Positions 9,388 through 17,627 of a stretch of DNA of 38,580 bases are shown one piece after another. Both the position numbers and the translations under genes were made by a program. The DNA is from Candidatus Binatia bacterium (GTDB taxonomy: Bacteria; Desulfobacterota; Binatia; UBA9968), in the NCBI GenBank assembly GCA_025924215.1, contig JAICEJ010000003.1, forward strand, positions 1-38,580, in the 5' to 3' direction. Below the pieces are notes generated by a model. That model searched no databases and was not told the DNA's origin. It was given only the letters and a program-made list of their open reading frames with translations. The number at the start of each line of letters is the position of its first letter. Position 1 is the stretch's first letter.

Positions 9388-9834
9388 TTATAATTCGTAC
9401 GGGGACCTAACCTTCGCTCTATCTTCGTTCGGAGCCGAGCGTGAAGGCAGACTGCGTCCAGAAACTATCTTATTTGCGTAGTCCCGCGCCAGGGCAACTC
9501 CGGCTGCTGTGGCTATGCTCCGAAGGATTCCGCCGCCGGCGGCTTTCTGTTTGCCTTCCAGGTAGGCGCGCCGTTCGGGATCGATTGAAAACTTGCGCCC
9601 TCGCCCTCGGGGTGGAGCTTTTCCGAAAATGATGCCTTCAAACAAGTAGCCCGTTGCCACTGCCAGGCCGACCATCAGCCATGGTCGCTTTTGCGTCTGG
9701 TACTTGGGGTCAACCGTACGTTTAGCTTCCTGTATGGCATCACCGACACGTGCTTCAAGCGTCTCGATTTTTTCTGCCATAGCGGCGCGGGTAGCTTCAA
9801 TTTCTCGTCTAATCTCATTCTTCGATGGTTCCAT
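9388..9834 (-). CDS. DUF3618-domain protein
   Basis: N-terminal EIRREIEATRAAMAEKIETLEARV followed by RPWLMVGLAVATGYL. ATG 9834 after AAAGGA. Confidence 0.8.
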   Translation of the reverse strand: MEPSKNEIRREIEATRAAMAEKIETLEARVGDAIQEAKRTVDPKYQTQKRPWLMVGLAVATGYLFEGIIFGKAPPRGRGRKFSIDPERRAYLEGKQKAAGGGILRSIATAAGVALARDYANKIVSGRSLPSRSAPNEDRAKVRSPYEL

Positions 9835-9888
9835 CTGACATCCTTTGCGTTTTGCCCTCGTTGCTGTTCGTACTACCGACCGTAGCAA

Positions 9889-10257
9889 CTATCGTCGTAC
9901 TTTGCGGGCGAGCAATAAACCACTGACGACGCCGACGATCAGCGATGTTACCGGATTTTGACGTATATACCTTGTCGCCTTATCGATAAGTTGTTCGTAC
10001 TGCCTCTCCCTAAAATAAGCTCCACCCCGATCCAGCCTATCGGCGATAGTCTCTGCCGTGCTGTGCACGACAGCCTCCACCCGAGGCCCTGTTTGCCTTA
10101 CTCGTTCCGCGGCGGTCTTCATTTGATCACCGACCTTGGCCGCAGTACGACGAGCAGCCTCGGAGGCCTGCTCCCTTGCAGACCCAGCACGCTCACCGAC
10201 CTGAGATGCAAGATCTCGTACTTTATCCGATACTCTGTCTGAGCCGTTGTGTTCCAT
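9889..10257 (-). CDS. ElaB/YqjD/DUF883-like tail-anchored stress protein
   Basis: Ala/Glu/Arg-rich amphipathic helices and the C-terminal YIRQNPVTSLIVGVVSGLLLARK anchor; RBS GGAGG. Confidence 0.85.
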   Translation of the reverse strand: MEHNGSDRVSDKVRDLASQVGERAGSAREQASEAARRTAAKVGDQMKTAAERVRQTGPRVEAVVHSTAETIADRLDRGGAYFRERQYEQLIDKATRYIRQNPVTSLIVGVVSGLLLARKVRR

Positions 10258-10409
10258 GTTAGCCTCCGCCTTTCACTTCAAACATTTAAATGTCTTCTAT
10301 CAAACTCGCGACTTGAATTACCAGCGTATACCATTACATGCTTCTAGCAATTTTCATAGGCGTGCCGTCCGGGAGCAACCGCCGGCGTTGTATAGAGCGA
10401 CCTACGAAG

Positions 10410-10425
10410 CGCAAAAGCCATTCCA
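10410..10425 (-). promoter_or_regulatory. sigma54 -24/-12 promoter
   Basis: TGGAATGGCTTTTGCG on the minus strand, 152 nt before ATG 10257. Confidence 0.6.
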
Positions 10426-10459
10426 ATGCGAGCACCAACTCAGTACCAGTCCCCGACCG

Positions 10460-10475
10460 TGGCATAGCGGTTGCA
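10460..10475 (+). promoter_or_regulatory. sigma54 -24/-12 promoter
   Basis: TGGCATAGCGGTTGCA, 26 nt before ATG 10502. Confidence 0.8.
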
Positions 10476-10501
10476 CATCTCTGAGGCCGCGGGGGACCTA
10501 T

Positions 10502-10666
10502 ATGAAAAATGATACACGTGTACCTGAACGCAAAGACATCGACAATACAGAGTTCCCATGTCGTTCGTGCGGTGAAAAATTTAATTCGTTGGTGGAAGCA
10601 GAACAGCATGAAAAGGATTGTCGCAACCGAGAAACTTCAGGAGCTAAACCTGCCGAGCGAGAGTGA
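10502..10666 (+). CDS. 54-aa micro-protein with a C2H2-like (CCHC) zinc finger
   Basis: FPCRSCGEKFNSLVEAEQHEKDC = F-x-C-x2-C-x3-F-x8-H-x3-C. RBS GGGGGA, and a sigma54 motif directly upstream. Confidence 0.7.
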   Translation: MKNDTRVPERKDIDNTEFPCRSCGEKFNSLVEAEQHEKDCRNRETSGAKPAERE

Positions 10667-10739
10667 GTTTTTCGCGCCGCTGAGATCTCGAAACGAACTG
10701 GTACCCCTGACCTTTGATCTATTGGATCGGAGACACTTG

Positions 10740-10788
10740 TGTGCCGATTTCAAGACATGGCACTATATTTTGCGGCACTTCCGGGACG
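10740..10788. promoter_or_regulatory. Putative enhancer palindrome pair
   Basis: TGTGCCG-ATTT-CAAGACA (10740) and TGCGGCA-CTTC-CGGGACG (10771), 31 bp apart. Confidence 0.5.
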
Positions 10789-10830
10789 GTGAAATTTGTG
10801 TCAGCCGATACTAATCGCCTTAAATACCTC

Positions 10831-10846
10831 CGGTATGTCGATTGCT
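10831..10846 (+). promoter_or_regulatory. sigma54 -24/-12 promoter
   Basis: CGGTATGTCGATTGCT, 39 nt before the csbD ATG. Confidence 0.65.
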
Positions 10847-10885
10847 CCTATCGGACAACGAATAAAGCTATAAAGGAGGCCTGTC

Positions 10886-11083
10886 ATGAACTGGGATCAA
10901 ATGAAGGGCAACTGGAAGCAATTCAAAGGAAAGGCTAAAGAACAGTGGGGAAAACTTACCGATGATGAATTAGATCAGGTCGAGGGCAAGCGCGACCAGC
11001 TGGTCGGTAAGATTCAGAAGCAATACGGTTTGAGCAAGGAAGAAGCCGAGCGCCAAGTCGGTGATTGGGAACGCAGGCTATAA
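10886..11083 (+). CDS. csbD: CsbD/YjbJ family general stress protein
   Basis: MNWDQMKGNWKQFKGKAKEQWGKLTDDEL...GKRDQLVGKIQKQYG; RBS AAGGAGG. Confidence 0.97.
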   Translation: MNWDQMKGNWKQFKGKAKEQWGKLTDDELDQVEGKRDQLVGKIQKQYGLSKEEAERQVGDWERRL

Positions 11084-11122
11084 GCAAGTAGCGCAGAGTG
11101 GCGTACTTGTGTATTCCTAACC

Positions 11123-11165
11123 ACGGCGGTCATCGGCTGTGTAGCTCGATGGCCGCCGTTTTATT
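11123..11165 (+). terminator. Rho-independent terminator after csbD
   Basis: ACGGCGGTCATCG...CGATGGCCGCCGT stem (one G-U pair) followed by TTTATT. Confidence 0.7.
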
Positions 11166-11214
11166 GCGATCAGATTCAAAGACAACTGCAATCCTGTAAA
11201 CGAAGGGCGCATGC

Positions 11215-11970
11215 ATGGCCGACAACTTGATTCACATCGCCGCTATCGCCGACCTCCATTGTAAAAGTAATTTCGCCGGCAAATTCAGAGCGCTCTTTTC
11301 CCAAATCAGCGAAACCGCCAATATACTGTTGCTGTGCGGTGATTTGGTGGATTACGGCTTGCCTGAAGAAGCTCACGTGCTGGTAAAAGAATTAAGCGAC
11401 CTCACTAAACGGATCCCCGTCATCGCTGTGATGGGCAATCACGAGTTCGAGTCCGGCAAGATCGACGAGGTGCAAAAGATACTGACCGATGGCGGCGTTC
11501 TCCTGCTTGATGGCGAGGCATGCGAGATAGAGGGGATCGGCTTTGCTGGGGTCAAGGGTTTCGCCGGCGGCTTTGGCGAACGGCTGCTTGCGCCTTGGGG
11601 CGAGGCCATAATGAAGAGATTTGTGCACGAGGCTGTGGACGAAGCCCTAAAACTCGAATCGGCCTTGGCCAAGCTGCGCACGACGCATCGCATCGCTTTG
11701 CTGCACTACTCGCCGATCGCGGCGACAGTTATGGGAGAACCGCTGGAGATTTATCCCTTTTTAGGGTCGAGCCGGCTGGAGGAGCCGTTAAATCGATTTT
11801 CCGTAACCGCTGCCTTTCACGGTCATGCGCATCATGGCGTCCCTGAAGGAAAAACCAAAACCGGTGTGCCGGTTTATAACGTCGCCATGAAACTTCTCGA
11901 GTACAGTTTTCCCGGACAACTCCCCTACCGCATTTTGAATCTACCCCGGGGCAACGGATCCCCCAAATGA
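11215..11970 (+). CDS. Calcineurin-like metallophosphoesterase
   Basis: Metal-binding motifs ADLH, GDLVD, GNHE, LH and GHAH. Confidence 0.92.
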   Translation: MADNLIHIAAIADLHCKSNFAGKFRALFSQISETANILLLCGDLVDYGLPEEAHVLVKELSDLTKRIPVIAVMGNHEFESGKIDEVQKILTDGGVLLLDGEACEIEGIGFAGVKGFAGGFGERLLAPWGEAIMKRFVHEAVDEALKLESALAKLRTTHRIALLHYSPIAATVMGEPLEIYPFLGSSRLEEPLNRFSVTAAFHGHAHHGVPEGKTKTGVPVYNVAMKLLEYSFPGQLPYRILNLPRGNGSPK

Positions 11971-11983
11971 AAGGCTGATCACC

Positions 11984-12781
11984 GTGCAAACCCCGCCTGA
12001 ACAGAAACTGAACCACGTCTTTTATCGAGACGTTTTAAATATTGTGCGACACGCGGAAATACCGTTTCTAATCAGCGGCGGGTTTGCGCTGCAACATTTC
12101 ACCGGCATTCAAAGAGAGGTGAGAGATCTGGATATCTTCGTACTCGAAAAGCACGTTCATGCGGCGCTCGAGGCGCTTGCCGAAGCTGGCTATCCGACCG
12201 AGCTGACATTCTCGCATTGGCTCGGCAAAGTTTATAACGACGGTCGGACCGAGTACGTCGATCTGATTTTTAGCTCGGGCAACGGACTATGCAAAGTCAC
12301 CGAGAGCTGGTTCGAGCGCGCCGTCCCCAGTGAAGTGTTCGAGATGCCGGTTTTTCTCTGCGCTCCCGAAGAAATGATCTGGCAGAAAGCGTTCATCATG
12401 GAGCGGGAACGCTATGACGGCGCCGATGTCGCCCATCTGATCCGTACGCAAAGCGATGCGATAGATTGGAAACGGTTAATCGGCTTGTTTGGCGATCATT
12501 GGCGAGTGCTTCTGAGTCATGTGATCTTGTTTGAGTTCATCTATCCGACCGAGCGGGCGAAAATTCCTCGCTGGGTGAAGCATAGGCTTATCGTTTTGCT
12601 CCAAAGGGAGTTCGGCGAATCGTTTACCGACGAACAGGTATGCCAGGGACCGCTTCTTTCCCGTTCACAATTTCGCGTTGACACGGAACATTGGGGCTAT
12701 AAAGACGCCCGTTTGAACATCATGTCAGCGGACGAGGTAGCGCATTGGACGAAAGCCGCGGAGGAAAAAGAAAAGCCTTAA
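11984..12781 (+). CDS. Pol-beta superfamily nucleotidyltransferase (uncharacterised family)
   Basis: SGGFAL...RDLDIF (GG plus DxD), a third acidic residue in YVDLIF, and a conserved K...D helix (WQKAFIMERERYDGADV). Confidence 0.85.
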   Translation: MQTPPEQKLNHVFYRDVLNIVRHAEIPFLISGGFALQHFTGIQREVRDLDIFVLEKHVHAALEALAEAGYPTELTFSHWLGKVYNDGRTEYVDLIFSSGNGLCKVTESWFERAVPSEVFEMPVFLCAPEEMIWQKAFIMERERYDGADVAHLIRTQSDAIDWKRLIGLFGDHWRVLLSHVILFEFIYPTERAKIPRWVKHRLIVLLQREFGESFTDEQVCQGPLLSRSQFRVDTEHWGYKDARLNIMSADEVAHWTKAAEEKEKP

Positions 12782-12813
12782 TCACCAGTGTTCATTCAGT
12801 CGCTAAGCTGTTT

Positions 12814-14391
12814 TTAGCGCCCTTTCCTGCCGCCGACTTCGATCTCCCGTTCCAACCCGGGAAGAATCGCTCTGAAGAAAGCGTTTTGCACAAGGCCCAG
12901 GATTATGTCGGTCACGCTGGTTTGCGGATCTGAAAGGTTGCCGGAAATTTTGGTCGTGGTAGCGATCTCCTCGCGCGGACGATTCTCCAGAATCCAGGAG
13001 AGCCCCCCTAAAATGCCTTCGTAGAGTTTAGTGAAGATCCCTTTCTTACGATCTTGTTTCGGATCGTAAACGTCGACGTCCTTGAACAATGGTTTGACGT
13101 AGCCGTTGATCGATCCATCACGCACCGCGATCTCTGAGTAGAAGGAGAACTGGCCGGCGACAACGTCGGCGCCAACATAGGCTCTGAGCAAAGGATTGAG
13201 GGCTTTGAGCTCCGACTGATCGATGGCTAATTGCAGGTCGAAGTTGGGGCTCTTCCCTTTGGGTCTCAAGCGCGCCACCAGACGAGTTTTTCCCGAATTC
13301 ATAAATCTGCCGCTTGCTGTGATCGTCGCGGTGCCCTCTTCGCCTTGATTACTGAGGTTTTGAATTTTGACTTGGGCGCCAGTGACAAACAACCGGTACT
13401 GGGGCTCGCTTGCCTTATTGACAATTCCCAACTCGCTGTCGCTGATATTGACGTCGTTGACGTCCAATTCAAGGGTAGGCTCGTTGCTGTGCTCTCGAAT
13501 GACCTTATCTGCCTTTTTCGACAGTTCCTTGGTGGGAGAAGTCGCGGGCTTGGTATGCACGTAATCCGCCAGCAGATTTTGGACGTTGAGCGTTGGCACG
13601 CTGAGAATTTTTTTGTTCTTCGCGTATTCGATAGTACCGGTGGTGCTAAGTACACCGCGACGGACTGAGAAATTGTAACGTTCCGTTATAGGCCTGAAAT
13701 AATCCAGCTCGATTTGATTTGCCTGAATTTCTGCCTTGATGGCAATATGCGGTTCCGCAAGAAAGTCCGCGTTTCCCTGAAGGACAATTTTGCCATTCTT
13801 AAATACAGTTCCGTCAATATAAACCTCCGACGGATATTCGCCTTCTTGAGAAATGACGTTACGAATATTATAAGCCGTGACGTTAACATTGGTGAGTTCG
13901 AGCGGACGGTACTGGCCTTGATCTACATAGGTAAGCTCGCCACCAGTAATGACCAACTCGTTGATCTTGAGCGGGTAGATAGCCTGCACCGCATCCTGCC
14001 AGCCTCGCTCTTTTATCGGAGTTTTATCTTTTATTTCGTTCTGGGATTGCTTGAAGTTGAGAAACAGCTTCGGGTTGTTTATTTCGAAATCCGCTACCAC
14101 GTGGCCGGAGAGCAAAGCTCTCCAGTTAACGCTGGCGGTCAAATTCGGTATTTCCGCAACGGCGGGTTCGGGGTTGGCGTCCTGTGTGATAACTGAATTT
14201 TCGAGATCCAGACTAAATCCGATCGGGTGAAAATCCAGCTTTTCGATTCGGACGGTATAGCCTTTTAATGCCGCGTTGATCTTGGCTTCCGTCCGGCGGC
14301 GTAACGGTTCATCAAGGAAAAAGGCGGCGATAAATACTAATACGACAAGCGAACCGAGAATGGCTGCGAGCCAAACTAGACCCCTTTTCAT
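12814..14391 (-). CDS. DUF748 (AsmA-like) membrane-anchored protein
   Basis: N-terminal TM anchor, repeated beta-rich segments, and the C-terminal GQFSFYSEI...GYVKPLFKDVDV...ATT..ISGNLSDP...LVQNAFFRAILP. Confidence 0.8.
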   Translation of the reverse strand: MKRGLVWLAAILGSLVVLVFIAAFFLDEPLRRRTEAKINAALKGYTVRIEKLDFHPIGFSLDLENSVITQDANPEPAVAEIPNLTASVNWRALLSGHVVADFEINNPKLFLNFKQSQNEIKDKTPIKERGWQDAVQAIYPLKINELVITGGELTYVDQGQYRPLELTNVNVTAYNIRNVISQEGEYPSEVYIDGTVFKNGKIVLQGNADFLAEPHIAIKAEIQANQIELDYFRPITERYNFSVRRGVLSTTGTIEYAKNKKILSVPTLNVQNLLADYVHTKPATSPTKELSKKADKVIREHSNEPTLELDVNDVNISDSELGIVNKASEPQYRLFVTGAQVKIQNLSNQGEEGTATITASGRFMNSGKTRLVARLRPKGKSPNFDLQLAIDQSELKALNPLLRAYVGADVVAGQFSFYSEIAVRDGSINGYVKPLFKDVDVYDPKQDRKKGIFTKLYEGILGGLSWILENRPREEIATTTKISGNLSDPQTSVTDIILGLVQNAFFRAILPGLEREIEVGGRKGR

Positions 14392-14435
14392 AAACAGAAA
14401 ATGGCGTCACATCGCCAGTGGCATTCAGTTAGCGA

Positions 14436-14588
14436 TCATAGACGGCCCATCAACACGAGGATGATGATAATTAATAAAATTAGCCCAAGACCGCCGCTAG
14501 GATAATATCCCCAACCGCCACTGTAGGGCCATGTGGGAAGAGCTCCGATAAGCAAGAGTATTAGAATGATGATAAGAATAGTGCTCAT
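14436..14588 (-). CDS. DUF3309 family small membrane protein, 50 aa (not in ORF track)
   Basis: MSTILIIILILLLIGALPTWPYSGGWGYYPSGGLGLILLIIIILVLMGRL; RBS GGAGGA. Confidence 0.92.
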   Translation of the reverse strand: MSTILIIILILLLIGALPTWPYSGGWGYYPSGGLGLILLIIIILVLMGRL

Positions 14589-14659
14589 GTGTTGTCCTCC
14601 ACGGGTGCTATACAGACTCGATCATCCCTCTCGTACTTGACTGATACTACTCCGGTTGG

Positions 14660-14692
14660 CCGTGGCGCGCTTATCGACGCGCCACGGGTTTT
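14660..14692. terminator. Intergenic hairpin (terminator or mRNA-stability element)
   Basis: CCGTGGCGCG-N8-CGCGCCACGG, a perfect 10-bp stem; the T-run is only on the plus strand. Confidence 0.45.
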
Positions 14693-14758
14693 CAGAACCA
14701 ATCGTTTATCAAGCTGCCTAGCGGGATCACGCCTTGTCGGCCGTTTCTCCGTTGCATC

Positions 14759-15511
14759 TTAGCGTTTCGCAGCTTTTTCCTGTCTTTGGCTGAGCGCCTT
14801 ATCCGTTGCGTCCGCTTGCCACAAATTCGAAGTCACGTCGACTTTGGTGGCCTTGCCGCTGTTCTTGTCAAAATCGATCTGCACCTCGTAGGTGTCGTTG
14901 CCTTTGACGATCTCATACTCTACGTAATCGGGCTTATCAGCATTGACGGATGTGATCTTGTAACCCATCTTCTCGAGCTGGCTTCGATAGCTCTGCTTGG
15001 TTTCGCCGGTCTTCAGTGTCTTCTCCAGCTTCTCCTCCTCGCTGTCGTAAGCCTTACGCCGGTCCCGGTCGCTGTAACGTTCAGGGTTAGCTATCGCACC
15101 CTTTGGCGCGGAAACCTTTTTTCCTCGCAAAGCGGCCTTGGTGGAATCTGTTCGCCATAGATTCGGAGCGATGTCTACTTTTGTGGCTTTGCCGTTCTTA
15201 TCAAAATCTATCTGCGCTTCAAACGAATTATTGCCTTTCACAATCTCGTATTCGGCGTAATCAGGTTTGTCATAATTCACTGAGGTAATTTGATAGCCCA
15301 TCTTCTCCAGCTCGCGCCTGTAGAAGTTTTTGTCCTGTCCAGCCTTCAGCGCCTGCTCCAATTTCTCCTCTTCATCATCATAATTTTTTCTCTGATCACG
15401 GTCACTGTAGCGACTTCGATCGGTGTCGCCCTTTTTGGCGGTGCCATCCGCCGCTATCAGAGGGGCAGGAGCGAGCAATACAGCTGTGAATATCAGATAA
15501 TGAACTTTCAT
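14759..15511 (-). CDS. Secreted protein with two tandem PepSY-like repeats
   Basis: Signal peptide MKVHYLIFTAVLLAPAPLIA, then two copies of RYSDRD..YD.EEEKLE..LK.G..K..YR..LEKMGY.ITSVN.DKPDY.EYEIVKGN..E.QIDFDKN.GKATKVD...NLW. RBS GAGGAGG. Confidence 0.85.
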   Translation of the reverse strand: MKVHYLIFTAVLLAPAPLIAADGTAKKGDTDRSRYSDRDQRKNYDDEEEKLEQALKAGQDKNFYRRELEKMGYQITSVNYDKPDYAEYEIVKGNNSFEAQIDFDKNGKATKVDIAPNLWRTDSTKAALRGKKVSAPKGAIANPERYSDRDRRKAYDSEEEKLEKTLKTGETKQSYRSQLEKMGYKITSVNADKPDYVEYEIVKGNDTYEVQIDFDKNSGKATKVDVTSNLWQADATDKALSQRQEKAAKR

Positions 15512-15577
15512 GTTGATTCCTCCTCTTTGTTGAACAATCAAGATGGAAACCCGCTTCGATCGCACTAAGGTAAGTAG

Positions 15578-15593
15578 AGCAAGCGATATGCCA
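15578..15593 (-). promoter_or_regulatory. sigma54 -24/-12 promoter
   Basis: TGGCATATCGCTTGCT, 66 nt before ATG 15511. Confidence 0.8.
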
Positions 15594-15831
15594 GCACCTC
15601 CGAGCAGCCGTATTCCAAAGGCGGCGCACCTAATTGAGCATCTCAACGAGTTGAGTCCGGCTTGACGGAAACCGTAGCCAACGCTTTGTAGCGATTGCGG
15701 CACATGGAACGGGACACTTTCTCAGATCAGCGACATACACGGTGTCACCCGAAAAGACGCGGATTCACCGACGGATGAATGAGAGACCCCCGGCCCGCTT
15801 TTAGTGAACTTCCTGGCTGGTATTCTGGTAT

Positions 15832-16611
15832 TTATGGTGTCTGGGTTTTAGCGAGTGGTCTTTCTCGCTCGGCATAATAGGCGCGACCGCGTTCATAGCC
15901 GCGACGAAAGGTTTCGTCGTCACAAATATCCGGCTGCAACTCGCGCAGCTTCGGTACCGCAGCTTCATAGGCTTTACCGCGGCAATCAGGATGGAGAGCT
16001 GTTTCAAAGCCGGTGCGATAGCGGCTTTCGTTTCTGTGAAAGTCGCCGTCCGGCGCGTCATACTGCGCTTCTTCGGCGTCACGTATTCCGATCCACCACT
16101 TGTCACGGGCAGCATCAACGCTTTCAGCGCCGTTGCGCTCGATCACAGCTCTTCCCTTTTCAATCACATCGTCGTCCTGGGACCTGGCAATCAACACAGT
16201 TCGGCCCTGCCTCAAAGCATCTTCATAAAAGAACAGTTCATCTTTGGGCAATCCCGTTGAAAGCTGATTCTCAAGCGCGCCGCCGGTCACCGCGCCAGCC
16301 ACTGCCCCACCGATTCCAAACGCCCCGGCACCTAAACCAATCGCCAGTATGGTGCCGACACCCGGCAAGACAATGCTTGCGACGACACTTCCGGCGGCTA
16401 GTCCAACCGCGCCGCCAACAACGCCACCGATGGCGCTTCCCATACCGGGCTGCTCACCCTCATCTGTCGGCACCGCATCGAGGTCTTTTGCGGAGCTTCC
16501 CGGCGCCAGCAGTACGATATCTTCATTGCGGAAGCCCGCCTCAGTTTGCAGCTCCGAAAATGCCCGTTCGGCTTCTTTCCTCGAATTGAAAATTCCGGCG
16601 ATCGTTCCCAT
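15832..16611 (-). CDS. General stress protein (YflT-like split domain with glycine-zipper TM hairpin)
   Basis: IAGIFNSRKEAERAFSEL..GF..EDI; Gly/Ala-rich GGVVGGAVG...LPGVG; GLPKDE..FYEDALRQGRTVL. Confidence 0.8.
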   Translation of the reverse strand: MGTIAGIFNSRKEAERAFSELQTEAGFRNEDIVLLAPGSSAKDLDAVPTDEGEQPGMGSAIGGVVGGAVGLAAGSVVASIVLPGVGTILAIGLGAGAFGIGGAVAGAVTGGALENQLSTGLPKDELFFYEDALRQGRTVLIARSQDDDVIEKGRAVIERNGAESVDAARDKWWIGIRDAEEAQYDAPDGDFHRNESRYRTGFETALHPDCRGKAYEAAVPKLRELQPDICDDETFRRGYERGRAYYAERERPLAKTQTP

Positions 16612-16659
16612 CTATTTGCCCCTTATCTGATTATCGTTGCCGTGTCTTCATTACACAAA

Positions 16660-16675
16660 CGCAATGCAAATGCCA
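16660..16675 (-). promoter_or_regulatory. sigma54 -24/-12 promoter
   Basis: TGGCATTTGCATTGCG, 48 nt before ATG 16611. Confidence 0.8.
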
Positions 16676-16776
16676 CGATGAGTAAAATTGTTTTGACCGT
16701 CTCAGAGACTAGTTCTGTTTCGTGCGCTTCATAAGAACGCAGAAACTTCAACGAAAAACTATTGGGCAGATGTTCT

Positions 16777-16827
16777 CTTCCCACTCGTGGGACGACGAAA
16801 TCCGAGTAGTATGCCAACTCTAGGACG
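16777..16827. promoter_or_regulatory. Putative enhancer palindrome pair
   Basis: CTTCCCA-CTCG-TGGGACG (16777) and TATGCCA-ACTC-TAGGACG (16810), 33 bp apart. Confidence 0.5.
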
Positions 16828-17143
16828 CTGAAGCACATTTAGCCTGATCGCTAAGTTCTGTATTCTAATGCTTCGCCATAGTCAGTATGACGCACTAGCT
16901 TCATGGCACGCATGCCCATCCTTGGCCCTCGCTTTGCAGACCAAGCTGACGCTTTTAGAGGAAGCTTCACGTTTGAAAACCATTAACGCGCACTCGAAGC
17001 AGGGCCTAACGTGGCGCGAGCAATCCAGGCTTGCGGTGAGAGCGGCGACACGAGGCAAAAAGATACGAAGGATGACTCGTGACCGATGTCGCAGTTATCA
17101 TCTCGCGTCATCCTTCATTAATGTAAACTAAGGGAGAACTTCC

Positions 17144-17575
17144 ATGAACAACCGATTGGCCAAGGAACTCGGCGCGACTCTGCGGCGCAAGCGATCCTCT
17201 CTGCTGCTGCAAGAAATTGTCGGCAGCCAGAACGAAGTCGGGCCATCGTTAGAAGACCGTGAGAGCGAGCTCGAAGAGAGCGCGCAAAAGGATCGCATGA
17301 CTCGCTTGGAGAGTCGCCTGACCGAGCGCGGCCAGACCCTTCTACGCCAGATCGACGACGCTCTTGAACGAATCGATGTGGGAACTTTCGGCGAGTGTGA
17401 ACGATGCGGCAATGATATCGGTCATGGCCGGCTTAAGGCGATGCCAACAGCGGCGCTCTGTATCGATTGTGCAACCGCCCGGGAAAAGAGACAGCGTATG
17501 CTAGGAGCAAATGGCGACATCGAGCGACTGCCATTCAAGGACGATGAGCTTGAAGGTCGCCTAGGCTCCGAGTAA
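17144..17575 (+). CDS. DksA/TraR family C4 zinc-finger protein
   Basis: Coiled coil followed by IDDALERIDVGTFGECERCGNDIGHGRLKAMPTAALCIDCA. Confidence 0.92.
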   Translation: MNNRLAKELGATLRRKRSSLLLQEIVGSQNEVGPSLEDRESELEESAQKDRMTRLESRLTERGQTLLRQIDDALERIDVGTFGECERCGNDIGHGRLKAMPTAALCIDCATAREKRQRMLGANGDIERLPFKDDELEGRLGSE

Positions 17576-17627
17576 TCAGAGATTGATGCACACGGGCTTA
17601 GCTTGGCAGCGCGTTGTCGGCGTAACG

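Noticed and set aside
10758-10773. TGGCACTATATTTTGC upstream of csbD
   Set aside because: GG-to-GC spacing is 11, and sigma54 requires 10. The motif at 10831 fits properly.
11215-12781. Reading the NTase pair as a CBASS or MNT-HEPN toxin-antitoxin defence system
   Set aside because: No Cap effector, E1/E2/JAB or HEPN gene is adjacent, and the context is stress genes rather than a defence island.
14419-14434. TGGCATTCAGTTAGCG (plus strand)
   Set aside because: Antisense to both flanking genes and lacks the T before GC; likely chance.
16868-17131. 87-aa ORF upstream of the DksA-like gene
   Set aside because: No RBS or recognisable family; probably non-coding.
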